IMG/VR virus record: IMGVR_UViG_3300020365_000024
Location: 1-49,182 of that record
Length of the DNA stretch: 49,182 nucleotides
DNA from: a virus
Taxonomy: Duplodnaviria > Caudoviricetes
Reading direction: 5' to 3' (one strand)
Part shown: positions 9,181 through 18,048 of the stretch, one piece after another
Layout of the letters: every line of letters starts with the position of its first letter
Numbering within the stretch: position 1 is the first letter of the stretch
The notes under the pieces: generated by a model
What the model was told of the DNA's origin: nothing
Databases searched by the model: none
What the model saw: the letters and a program-made list of their open reading frames with translations, nothing else
Position numbers and translations under genes: made by a program

Positions 9181-9369
9181 TCAAATACCAAGTGCCACTG
9201 CTAGGGCAACTAGTTGTCTTTGAGTTGCCAGTTCATGTCCACCAGCTCTCACCCCGTCATGCACAACAGCGGTATTTTTATCAGTATCAACAGTGATTTC
9301 ACCTTCAGCACCGATGAAAGTTTGATGCTGGGCAGTCGTTCCTCGTCGGAATTGAACTTGGGTAGTCAT
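9181..9369 (-). CDS. Stand-alone Mtd_N-like (major tropism determinant N-terminal) domain protein, 62 aa
   Basis: QVQFRRGTTAQH..F.GAEGEITVDTDK...VVHDG...GG is the Mtd_N pattern. It ends in a hydrophobic VALAVALGI tail. Confidence 0.85.
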   Translation of the reverse strand: MTTQVQFRRGTTAQHQTFIGAEGEITVDTDKNTAVVHDGVRAGGHELATQRQLVALAVALGI

Positions 9370-9398
9370 TTCTATCTAAGCTGGAGATTTTCTTCTTT

Positions 9399-9406
9399 TA
9401 TTTATA
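9399..9406 (-). promoter_or_regulatory. T4-type late promoter
   Basis: Exact TATAAATA in the 44-nt gap before the 62-aa gene, followed by the ATG at 9369. Confidence 0.85.
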
Positions 9407-9413
9407 CAAATTA

Positions 9414-12400
9414 TTATATTATAGTGCTGTAAGTTCTTGGTGGGCTAAAGAGGATAACCTTATTATCTGAGACTCCGCCGACTCTAAATTCTGCGGTGGT
9501 GGGTTGTGTGATTCTAGTAACACTTCCTGGGTTTTCTCCACTAATTCTAAACAGACTTGTAGAAACAACCTCTCCTTGTGCCCCGACTGATGTTTCGTCA
9601 TAATCAATTGTTCTTGCAATTGTTGTGCTGACGACTGAGAAGAGTGAACCAGAACCAACATAATCATCAGTCTTAGATTCATCTGCATTTCCAGAGGCAC
9701 TAACATATGCAAATACTTCGTTACCAAATGTGAGTTTGATATCTGTTGCTTCACCCGAAACCTTAGTTGATCCTTCAGTATCATAGTTGCCCTTAGTGAA
9801 GGATTCTGTAGCACCACCGCGTGTTTCAAACAGAGTAGTGTTCTCAACATCAATTGTTCTGGATTCAGCGCCACCACCGAATGTAGTAAGATTGCCAGAT
9901 CCAATGAAATTGAGAGTGATGACAGGGACTGCTTCGCCACTGACACTTGCGGATCCAGAAGCATTGAATCCGCGAGTTCTGATGACTGGTTCGGCAGTTC
10001 CACCAAATTCGTAAAGAACAGTTTCTTCTGCTGGATTGAATCCAACAACTTCTGCTCCGCCACCGAACGTTGAAAGTTGACCTTCGCCTGCGTAGATTCT
10101 GGTTGCTCTGTTTTTGGAATCTCCAGAGACGAATGTTGTACCAGAACCAATCTTTGTGCGGGCGAATGGTGCTTGTGCTTTGCCCGAAACTGTAAAGAGT
10201 CCTGTAGATTCTTCTGCAACAGTGGCAATTTCTTCACCACCACCGATAGAGAAGAGTGAACCAGAACCAGCAAATCCGCGAGTTCTAATGACTGGTTCGG
10301 CAGTACCATTGAATTCAAAGAGTCCTGTAGATTCTTCAGCAACAGTTGCAGATTCTGCTGCACCACCGATAGAGAAGAGTGATCCAGAACCACTAAAGTT
10401 GAGAGTGATAACTGGAACTGCATTTCCATTAATTGCTGCAGAACCAGATCCTTGCTTAGTTCTGGTGAAGGAATTCTGATCGCCACCAGAAGGAACAAAC
10501 AGTGCTGTGCTTTCTGCTTCACTGACTGCAACTGCTTCTGCTGCACCACCAGTACCGAAGAGTGAACCATCGCCAACATGAGATGCTGTACGTTTTTCTG
10601 TTGCAGTACCACTAATAACTTCGGTTCCAGAACCATCATAATTAAGAGTGATAACTGGTACTGCAGCACCAGAAGGTACGAACAGAACTGTAGATTCTGG
10701 TACTGCAATTGTTGTAGATTCAGCACCACTGCCAAATCCGAACATTGATCCGCCACCGAATAGGATAACGCGGATACGAACGATGGGTTCACCACTAAAC
10801 TTGAATGCTCTAGTCTCAATATCTGGGTTGAATCCAACAACCTCGGCGGAAGATCCAGCAGTGAAGAGTGTTCCAGAACCATCATAATTAATGGTTCGTA
10901 CAGGGACTGCATCTCCATAAACATTAAATTTCTCACCTTCAGGATTAGTGAAGATGTTGAATAAGAGTTGCAGTTCTGGAGTACCAGACAATCTTGGTGA
11001 TCCGTCTGGGCGACCTCTCCAATGTGGGTTGAACTTGGAAGCAGCGGTGCCATTCAGTGTGAAGATAACTGTATCTTCTAACGGAGGTGTGATACCTCTG
11101 GATTCTGCTGCACCACCAATTCCGAACAGTGAACCAGAAGTTCCAGGATCTCTGTCATCACCATAGTAACCGAATACGCTGATCTTGCGAGTTCCACCGT
11201 CGCCGTTGACGAATGCAGAACCACCGATCTTGCCGTAGATGGAGTTGACATAACGAGGTGATGGACGATATCTGAGCCATTCTTCACCCTTATCATGGGT
11301 GTACATTCTGGAGAAGACACCCTTGGATACATAAGCACCCTTGAATGCTGAAACTGCAGTACCCAGAATTTTAGGACTATGATCAGGTGCTCCTCTCCAG
11401 TGAGGACGGAATCTGACGGCAGCATTTGGTGCCAGAGGAGTATCCTCTGGATATTTGATGAATCCAGATCCAACATAATTTTCAACATGTTTCTCAACTG
11501 CAGCACCAGAGAATCCGAAGAGGAAGGTTTCTTCTGGTGGGTTGAATCCGACAACTTCGGCGGAAGATCCAGCAGTAAAGAGTGAACCACCAAAATCACC
11601 AGCAAATGTTTGTTTATGTCCACTGTCTCCACCAGCAATTCTGAACAGACCGAATGGATTCTCTTTGCCAGGAAGAATAACTAGATCACCGTGATCAATA
11701 GTTGGTGGCAGATAAGCATTTGTTACCGAACCGTAATCTTCTGCTGTTGAATGTGTGGATCCAACGGTTCCGAGATCTTCATCGGTTGTTCCAGCAACAA
11801 CAGAAGATGTATTATAATGATATGTTCTTCTTTCAATTCTATCACCGATGTGGAAGAGTGATCCAGATCCACTGTAAAGACCTTTACTGAAGCTTTCTGT
11901 GAGAGATCCAGTAAAGTTGAAGAGAATTGTATTCTCATCATCACCAGAAGTAACTCTCTCAATCGCAGAACCAGAAATACTAATTTCAAATCTTTCAGCG
12001 GGAGGTGTGGAAGACTTAACTTCAGCACCTTCTCCACTGAATCTGAACAGACCAAATGGTTGTGTGGTATGCGTAATATTGACCTGACCATAATCAATAT
12101 CACCTGTGCTATTTCCACCAACTGTTCCATAATCTTCTACAGTTCCAGCAGTTGTGGTAATTGAACCAAAGTCTTGTGCAGACTCAACAACCTCAATAGA
12201 TTCAGTTGTATAATTATAAACTTTCTTCTCAATCTTATCACCGATCTTGAATAGTGATCCAGTTCCAACAAAATCTCTTCCTCTTGGAGTTTCTGCAGAA
12301 CCAGAAACTTTAAACTGCTCGTCAGGAACACCTCTCCAATGAGGCATGAATCTAAAGTCAGTGGCTGCACTCTGACCTTTATAGAATCTAATAAATCCTT

Positions 12401-15400
12401 CCTTGGCAACATAAGGACCACGGAAGAATTGATCTGTAGATGCTCCAGTGAAACTGAATAATCCAGTAAGTGGATATGTGGTCTGAGTAATACCAACCTG
12501 ACCATTATCAATATCTCCTCCAGTTTGGAGTTGATCTATTTGACCGTAGTCAAGATTATTTTGTGCCGAATCAGTAATTGAACCATAATTTTCTGGAGTT
12601 TCAAATACCTCAACAGATCCAGAATTATAATTCCATGTTGCACGTTCAAATTTATCACCAAGATTAAAGAGTCTGCCTGCACCAACGAAATCTCTAGATC
12701 TTGAAGTCTCAGCAATACCAGTAAGCTTACCTTGCTCATATGGACGTGACCTCCAATGAGGCATGAATCTAAAGTCAGTTGGCGCACTCTTGCCTTTGTA
12801 GATCTTGATAATACCATCTTTGGCAACATAAGGACCGCGTAAGAATTGTGCGAAACCTTTGCCACTGAGTTGATAAAGACCAGTAGCAGATTCAGTGGTC
12901 TGAGTAATACCAACTTGACCATAGTCAAATTCACCACCAGATAGTACATCAGTAATCTGACCATAATCTTCTGTTAGCGATCCTCCACTTGAAGTTTCGG
13001 CAAACTTAATTGATGAAATTCCATAGTGATCATATGGAGATCCACTGGCACTTACTTGATAAAGTCTAAATGCTTGACCGTTATTTTGTGCTGCCTGAGG
13101 AATTGCAATGACAACAGTGCTTAATGTATTGAAACTTGTGTCATTCTCTGCAATGATAGTGTCTATGGTAACCCAGCTACCACCACCATCAAGATATTGT
13201 AAAATTAAATCTTCTCCAGAGTCTGGTTCTTCGCCACCATTACTACCATTACCTTTAATCCCAGTAATTTCTATCTGGTTATAAAGAGCAGTATCATATG
13301 TAAATCTAAACCATCTAGATCCACTGCCTGATGCAAATCTAATATGTTCTCCGATGGCAAATCCACCGCCTGAACCTGATCCATTTCCATTTTGAGACAG
13401 GACAACATCACCATCAGTGCTATACTGAAGGTTGGTTAATTCTGAGGCAGAAAGAGTTACTGGATCTGCATTATCTAATCCACCATAATCAACAGGAGTC
13501 TCTATGACAACTATAGATTCAGTAGTGTATCTAAATGTCGCGCTCTCAAACTTATCGCCAAGTCCGAAGAGTCTTCCACCGCCAATGAAAGGTCTTGCCT
13601 GAGCATATGTGTGGAATTCTCCACCTGGACCATTGCTGATTCTTGGAGGATTAGTTGTAGTAGTATCAGTTCTCCAATGTGGACGGAATCTAAAGTCTGC
13701 AGGATCTTGCTGATCGTTGAAGATTCTGATTGGAGGACTCTGGCGATTCCAATTGAAGGTTGGGAAATATTGCTCTTCTGCAGCACCGTAGATGCGATAG
13801 AGTCCGAATGGATTTTCATCACCGATGATATCACTAACATCACCATAATCTTCAGATAGTGATGGATCATACTCATTGGTAATAACTTCAATTCCATGAT
13901 CCTCAAATACTGTTGCTGGATCAGATACAATACCCCTATCTTCATATTGTTTAGATTCTTGAATTGATGATGTAGTGTAAGAGTATGTCTTACTTTCAAG
14001 TCTATCGCCAATATGGAAGAGTGATCCAGATCCAATAAATGGTTTGACATTTGCGTATGTATTTCCTTCTCCACCAAGACCATTTCTAATCTCAAAGAGT
14101 GCTGTAGACTCACCTGCCTGCGAAACAAACTTGAGGTTGCTGTAACCACCAGTAATTGAAATTCTTGCAGTAGAACCAAGATATGCAACTGGATTGGAAT
14201 GAGCGATGTCACCACCACTCAACTCATATAACTTACCAAATGGTTTAGTAGTCTGGAAAATTCCTACCTGACCAAAGTCAGTCTCACCAAGACCATATTC
14301 TGTAATTTGACCATAATCTGCGATAGAACCAGAAGAAGAAGTAATCTGACCATTATCAATTGGAGTCTCAACTGTTGCGATTGAGGAATCGTTATAGTCA
14401 AATACTGTCGATTCAATACCACCACCAGAACTGAACAGAGTACCAGATGTATAATAAGTGCCTTTGACTGTGATGATGGGTGACATTCCACCAACAATCT
14501 TGAAGAATTCTCCTTTGCTGGTCTGATTTTGAATGAGACCGTAACTATAAACCTGAACTGCAGGTTCTGCAAATTGTACAGTTGCGCGACCACCAGTGGG
14601 GTTAAGTACACCAGATCCATGATATGATGCTTTGAATGGTATAGATGCTCTACCACTAATATTAATATTGCCGAACTTAAAGAATCCTGGTATTAATTGA
14701 CCATAATCCTGAATTCCATTTGTGAATGGTTCCGTGATCGTTCCATAATCTTCGTTGGTTCCAGCAGACTGATCAACAGTTCCTTGATCAACAGAATCAA
14801 TTGTATCGTATACTTGACCTGAACCTGAACTTACAGTAGTGCTCTCTAATAACTTAACATATTCAATACCCCATTGATCAAAAGCAGAACCACTATGTTT
14901 ATCTTGTTGGAATTTTAATACTACATTGCTAGTTTTTGCTGCTTCTGGAATGTCAACTGTTACGAGACTAAAAGTGCTTCCAGTGAATCTTACATCTTCA
15001 GCATCAAACTTAGTAATATAAGTATATGAGAATCCACCATTGGTGCTGTACCAGAGTTGCAGATCTTCATCGGGATCACAGTTCTCTCCACCATTACTGC
15101 TAGTGCCAGCAATCGCAGTAAATTCAAACTGATTATAATTTGTTAGGTCAAGTTGACCCAAGGTAAGTATTCTTGGGTTAGCACCAGCGTTATTACTTGA
15201 ACCTTGACCAGTAAATCTCCAATATGTTGTTGTGCTGGAATTAAATCCACCACTTGAACCTGATCCATTTCCAGATGCTACAGCACTAATGTTACTTCCA
15301 GTATATGCTGAAGTTCCGTTCCAAGGAGCAAGTACAATTTCTGGTACTGTAACTGTAACAGGTATAGAACCAACTTTATATGAGAATACTGCTCTTTCAT

Positions 15401-16751
15401 CCTTCTGACCGATCTCAAAGAGTGATCCAGAACCAGTATATATTCTGCCGAATGCATCAGGAATAATGTGGTTGGCAAGTGTAATACCACCACGACTTCT
15501 GTAATGTGGTAAGAATGCAATATCGCTGCTCTGACCCTCTCCATAGGAGTCAATATGTTTAGCAATGGAAATGGATCCAGAACCAACATGATGACGATTG
15601 CGGACGCTTTGAGCGATACCAGAGACGCTAAAGAATCCTTCTGCCGCCCTGGTGGTTTGTTTGATTGTAATACTTCCATTATCAAGCTCACCACCAGTAA
15701 CTATTCCTGTTACCTGACCATAATCTTCATCATCAATATGAGATGTAGTAACACTACCATTATCTGCAACTGGTTCTAAAGTTACTGCAGACTCAGTAGT
15801 GTAATCATATACCTTCGCTTCATCACCACTATTGAATCCAAACAGCACTCCGCTGCCTTGATATCCTACTCTTGCAAATGCTTCTGGATTTCCGCCATGG
15901 AATCTTAATCCAATGACATCTCTTCTGATGAATTGTCCTGTCGCAACATCACGACCAACAATGTAAATTTGATTAAATGGTTCGTCAAGAGCTTCGTCAA
16001 CGCTACCACGAAGTCTAAGTGAACCAGAACCGCTATATGCCCTAAAAGAATTACTTAGAACATCAATTCCTTTGATGTTGAATAGTCCGAAGGGATTGCT
16101 GCCACCGAAGTCAACGATATTTCCGTTGTCGGTCTCTCCTCCAGTAACTATTCCTGTTATTTGACCATATTCATTAGAAGAACCTACGGCAGTAGAGACT
16201 GATCCATAGTCTACATCACTGCCATAGGTTATTACTGCATCTTCATTATAGATGCTTGTGGTGCTATCATTTCCAGCACCACCATACTTGATAGACGGTA
16301 ATGTACCAGAACCGCCAATATACGGAGCAACCATGCGCTCCAGACCACTGCCAATCTCAAATAGAGATCCAGAACCAATCCATGCTTGTTTTCTGATAAC
16401 AATAGCACGCTCACGCAGTATAATTGGTTCTGCAGTTGCTACAAAAACTATAGTGGCAGAGTTTTCTTCTCCACCACTAAAGTTGATATTACCTGATACT
16501 GGATACAGTGTTTCAGTAATCCAAACGTCCTCATAATCAATATATCCAGTAACTTCATTTACAATATAATCTTGACCTACAGGAACAATAAAATCACCAT
16601 TTACAACACCAGGGGTGCCGTCCTGAACGATGTAATCAAACATCTTAACGCCATGATCCACCACGGTTGCAGCAACATCAGTGATGCTACCGAAATCCTC
16701 GGTTTCATAAACATGAATCTGTGATGAATCGTAAATATAGACGTTGTTCAT
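9414..16751 (-). CDS. 2445-aa repeat-built virion protein (putative scaffold/fibre) with two Reelin-subrepeat-like inserts
   Basis: Long Gly/Ser/Thr-rich ORF with many GSGSLF..G..E and D[YNFH]G.[IV] repeats, located in the late structural operon. Confidence 0.8.
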   Translation of the reverse strand: MNNVYIYDSSQIHVYETEDFGSITDVAATVVDHGVKMFDYIVQDGTPGVVNGDFIVPVGQDYIVNEVTGYIDYEDVWITETLYPVSGNINFSGGEENSATIVFVATAEPIILRERAIVIRKQAWIGSGSLFEIGSGLERMVAPYIGGSGTLPSIKYGGAGNDSTTSIYNEDAVITYGSDVDYGSVSTAVGSSNEYGQITGIVTGGETDNGNIVDFGGSNPFGLFNIKGIDVLSNSFRAYSGSGSLRLRGSVDEALDEPFNQIYIVGRDVATGQFIRRDVIGLRFHGGNPEAFARVGYQGSGVLFGFNSGDEAKVYDYTTESAVTLEPVADNGSVTTSHIDDEDYGQVTGIVTGGELDNGSITIKQTTRAAEGFFSVSGIAQSVRNRHHVGSGSISIAKHIDSYGEGQSSDIAFLPHYRSRGGITLANHIIPDAFGRIYTGSGSLFEIGQKDERAVFSYKVGSIPVTVTVPEIVLAPWNGTSAYTGSNISAVASGNGSGSSGGFNSSTTTYWRFTGQGSSNNAGANPRILTLGQLDLTNYNQFEFTAIAGTSSNGGENCDPDEDLQLWYSTNGGFSYTYITKFDAEDVRFTGSTFSLVTVDIPEAAKTSNVVLKFQQDKHSGSAFDQWGIEYVKLLESTTVSSGSGQVYDTIDSVDQGTVDQSAGTNEDYGTITEPFTNGIQDYGQLIPGFFKFGNINISGRASIPFKASYHGSGVLNPTGGRATVQFAEPAVQVYSYGLIQNQTSKGEFFKIVGGMSPIITVKGTYYTSGTLFSSGGGIESTVFDYNDSSIATVETPIDNGQITSSSGSIADYGQITEYGLGETDFGQVGIFQTTKPFGKLYELSGGDIAHSNPVAYLGSTARISITGGYSNLKFVSQAGESTALFEIRNGLGGEGNTYANVKPFIGSGSLFHIGDRLESKTYSYTTSSIQESKQYEDRGIVSDPATVFEDHGIEVITNEYDPSLSEDYGDVSDIIGDENPFGLYRIYGAAEEQYFPTFNWNRQSPPIRIFNDQQDPADFRFRPHWRTDTTTTNPPRISNGPGGEFHTYAQARPFIGGGRLFGLGDKFESATFRYTTESIVVIETPVDYGGLDNADPVTLSASELTNLQYSTDGDVVLSQNGNGSGSGGGFAIGEHIRFASGSGSRWFRFTYDTALYNQIEITGIKGNGSNGGEEPDSGEDLILQYLDGGGSWVTIDTIIAENDTSFNTLSTVVIAIPQAAQNNGQAFRLYQVSASGSPYDHYGISSIKFAETSSGGSLTEDYGQITDVLSGGEFDYGQVGITQTTESATGLYQLSGKGFAQFLRGPYVAKDGIIKIYKGKSAPTDFRFMPHWRSRPYEQGKLTGIAETSRSRDFVGAGRLFNLGDKFERATWNYNSGSVEVFETPENYGSITDSAQNNLDYGQIDQLQTGGDIDNGQVGITQTTYPLTGLFSFTGASTDQFFRGPYVAKEGFIRFYKGQSAATDFRFMPHWRGVPDEQFKVSGSAETPRGRDFVGTGSLFKIGDKIEKKVYNYTTESIEVVESAQDFGSITTTAGTVEDYGTVGGNSTGDIDYGQVNITHTTQPFGLFRFSGEGAEVKSSTPPAERFEISISGSAIERVTSGDDENTILFNFTGSLTESFSKGLYSGSGSLFHIGDRIERRTYHYNTSSVVAGTTDEDLGTVGSTHSTAEDYGSVTNAYLPPTIDHGDLVILPGKENPFGLFRIAGGDSGHKQTFAGDFGGSLFTAGSSAEVVGFNPPEETFLFGFSGAAVEKHVENYVGSGFIKYPEDTPLAPNAAVRFRPHWRGAPDHSPKILGTAVSAFKGAYVSKGVFSRMYTHDKGEEWLRYRPSPRYVNSIYGKIGGSAFVNGDGGTRKISVFGYYGDDRDPGTSGSLFGIGGAAESRGITPPLEDTVIFTLNGTAASKFNPHWRGRPDGSPRLSGTPELQLLFNIFTNPEGEKFNVYGDAVPVRTINYDGSGTLFTAGSSAEVVGFNPDIETRAFKFSGEPIVRIRVILFGGGSMFGFGSGAESTTIAVPESTVLFVPSGAAVPVITLNYDGSGTEVISGTATEKRTASHVGDGSLFGTGGAAEAVAVSEAESTALFVPSGGDQNSFTRTKQGSGSAAINGNAVPVITLNFSGSGSLFSIGGAAESATVAEESTGLFEFNGTAEPVIRTRGFAGSGSLFSIGGGEEIATVAEESTGLFTVSGKAQAPFARTKIGSGTTFVSGDSKNRATRIYAGEGQLSTFGGGAEVVGFNPAEETVLYEFGGTAEPVIRTRGFNASGSASVSGEAVPVITLNFIGSGNLTTFGGGAESRTIDVENTTLFETRGGATESFTKGNYDTEGSTKVSGEATDIKLTFGNEVFAYVSASGNADESKTDDYVGSGSLFSVVSTTIARTIDYDETSVGAQGEVVSTSLFRISGENPGSVTRITQPTTAEFRVGGVSDNKVILFSPPRTYSTII
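12334..12840 (-). repeat. Intragenic direct repeat with 417-nt (139-codon) period
   Basis: ctccaatgaggcatgaatctaaagtcagt starts at both 12334 and 12751, and ttggcaacataaggacc recurs at the same offset. Confidence 0.85.
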
Positions 16752-16768
16752 TAAGTTCCCGTTGCATT

Positions 16769-16792
16769 AAAAGGGGGGACATAAATCCCCCC
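16769..16792 (-). terminator. Intrinsic terminator (short U-tail, possibly leaky) between the 390-aa and 2445-aa genes
   Basis: Minus strand GGGGGGA-TTTATG-TCCCCCC-TTTT. Confidence 0.75.
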
Positions 16793-16828
16793 ACAAAGAA
16801 ACATAACAAATAAGATGTATACTATATA

Positions 16829-18001
16829 TCAGTCGAGGCTGACATTAAGTGTGATCTTAATTTGGTCACCGTTGTTCTGAATTGGGTATGGACCATTTGT
16901 GAATCTCTCAGCGAACATGATGCTGCTGTGGAGAGTCAGGTCACCAGTTCCCTGCAGAGCAGGTACGGTGTGGAACGTGTTTGCATCGGGTACTTCAAAT
17001 ACGGTATAAGTACCAGCAACAGCGGTTGAGGTTGTGCCTTGAGCGATGTAGATAACATCACCAACAGTCAGACTATGACCAGTAGCACTTACTTTGCTAT
17101 AGTCAAGAGTGATGGAAGAGTCGGTAGCAACCTGAATGTTATCAGTCAGATCAGCACTGAGGTAAATGATTCTCAGGAGACGATCAATACCGATGATTGT
17201 TGTGCCTCCAGGAACAGCGTTGTTGCCCCCAACGGTCATACCAACACAGATATCATCCATGATTGATGCAACGTTAGGCAGAGTGATAAAGTTCTGACCA
17301 ACAGTACCGATACAAGGATCAGTGTTATCACCCTTGTTCAGAGTTGTAGCAGCGGCAGCGGCAGCAGCATCCTCAACACCATGGATTGCCAGTGGCATGT
17401 TGTTTGCTCTTGCCAGATAGTAACCATAGATGTTACCAGCGGCAGCTGAGAATGTGAAAGTTTGCTCGGGATATGTAGCAGTTGTAACTCCACCAGTGAA
17501 GTTGATTGTTCCTGAAACAGCACCAGAGTTAGCAACGGTCAGAACGACAGTTCCACCATCTACTCTAGAAACCTTAGCGCCAGCACCGATTCCAGTACCA
17601 GAGACGAGGTTACCTACGCTAATTGTACCAGTTACACTGGCAACTGAGATGGTATATGCACCTGAAGAACCAGTGCCAGTACCAGAAGCGATAGGATCGC
17701 CAGCAGTAGAAATCGCCCAACGGTTACCATTCAAGAGAATACCTGTCTGGTTGGTATAGTCTTGATCAGAGCGATTATTTACTGCATATGGATAGTTAGT
17801 GTTAGGAGCAGTACCATAACCATTGGTGTTACCATCAGCATAAGGCTCATAGTAAGCAGTCTGTGAAGGAACATCTCCTTCAGCAGGTGTTGTGTTGGAT
17901 GTGTAAAGCTTAAGAATTAAGTTTCTGGGAATTTCGTGAGTAGCATTCAGCAAATAGCGAAGCGACTCCAATTCACCAATATTTGGTACTAAAAGTGCCA
18001 T
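16829..18001 (-). CDS. Virion structural protein (fibre-subunit-like beta-sandwich with inserted domains), 390 aa
   Basis: Core motifs LILKLYTSNTTP / ATYPEQTFTF..AAGNIYGYY / FAERF...PY.I.NNGDQIKITL, split by small beta-rich inserts. GGAGGA RBS. Confidence 0.8.
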   Translation of the reverse strand: MALLVPNIGELESLRYLLNATHEIPRNLILKLYTSNTTPAEGDVPSQTAYYEPYADGNTNGYGTAPNTNYPYAVNNRSDQDYTNQTGILLNGNRWAISTAGDPIASGTGTGSSGAYTISVASVTGTISVGNLVSGTGIGAGAKVSRVDGGTVVLTVANSGAVSGTINFTGGVTTATYPEQTFTFSAAAGNIYGYYLARANNMPLAIHGVEDAAAAAAATTLNKGDNTDPCIGTVGQNFITLPNVASIMDDICVGMTVGGNNAVPGGTTIIGIDRLLRIIYLSADLTDNIQVATDSSITLDYSKVSATGHSLTVGDVIYIAQGTTSTAVAGTYTVFEVPDANTFHTVPALQGTGDLTLHSSIMFAERFTNGPYPIQNNGDQIKITLNVSLD

Positions 18002-18040
18002 TTAAAATGATCCTCCAAGGACGTTTGAGTTATCTGTTTA

Positions 18041-18048
18041 TATTTATA
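18041..18048 (-). promoter_or_regulatory. T4-type late promoter for the 390-aa gene
   Basis: Exact TATAAATA overlapping the TAA stop of the upstream gene. Confidence 0.85.

Noticed and set aside
9144-9183. Stop-codon read-through fusing the 62-aa Mtd_N gene to the in-frame 1870-aa gene
   Set aside because: The 36-nt gap is in frame but contains a second stop (TAA at 9150-9148), and the downstream gene has its own AGGA RBS.
9900-12900. CRISPR-like array suggested by recurring gaagagtga(a/t)ccaga motifs
   Set aside because: Copies are degenerate, irregularly spaced and simply encode SGSLF peptide repeats. No cas genes are present.
9181-16751. Diversity-generating retroelement suggested by the Mtd-like gene and nearby DNA repeats
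   Set aside because: No reverse transcriptase or Avd-like gene in the window. The repeats are in-frame coding duplications whose mismatches are not restricted to adenines.
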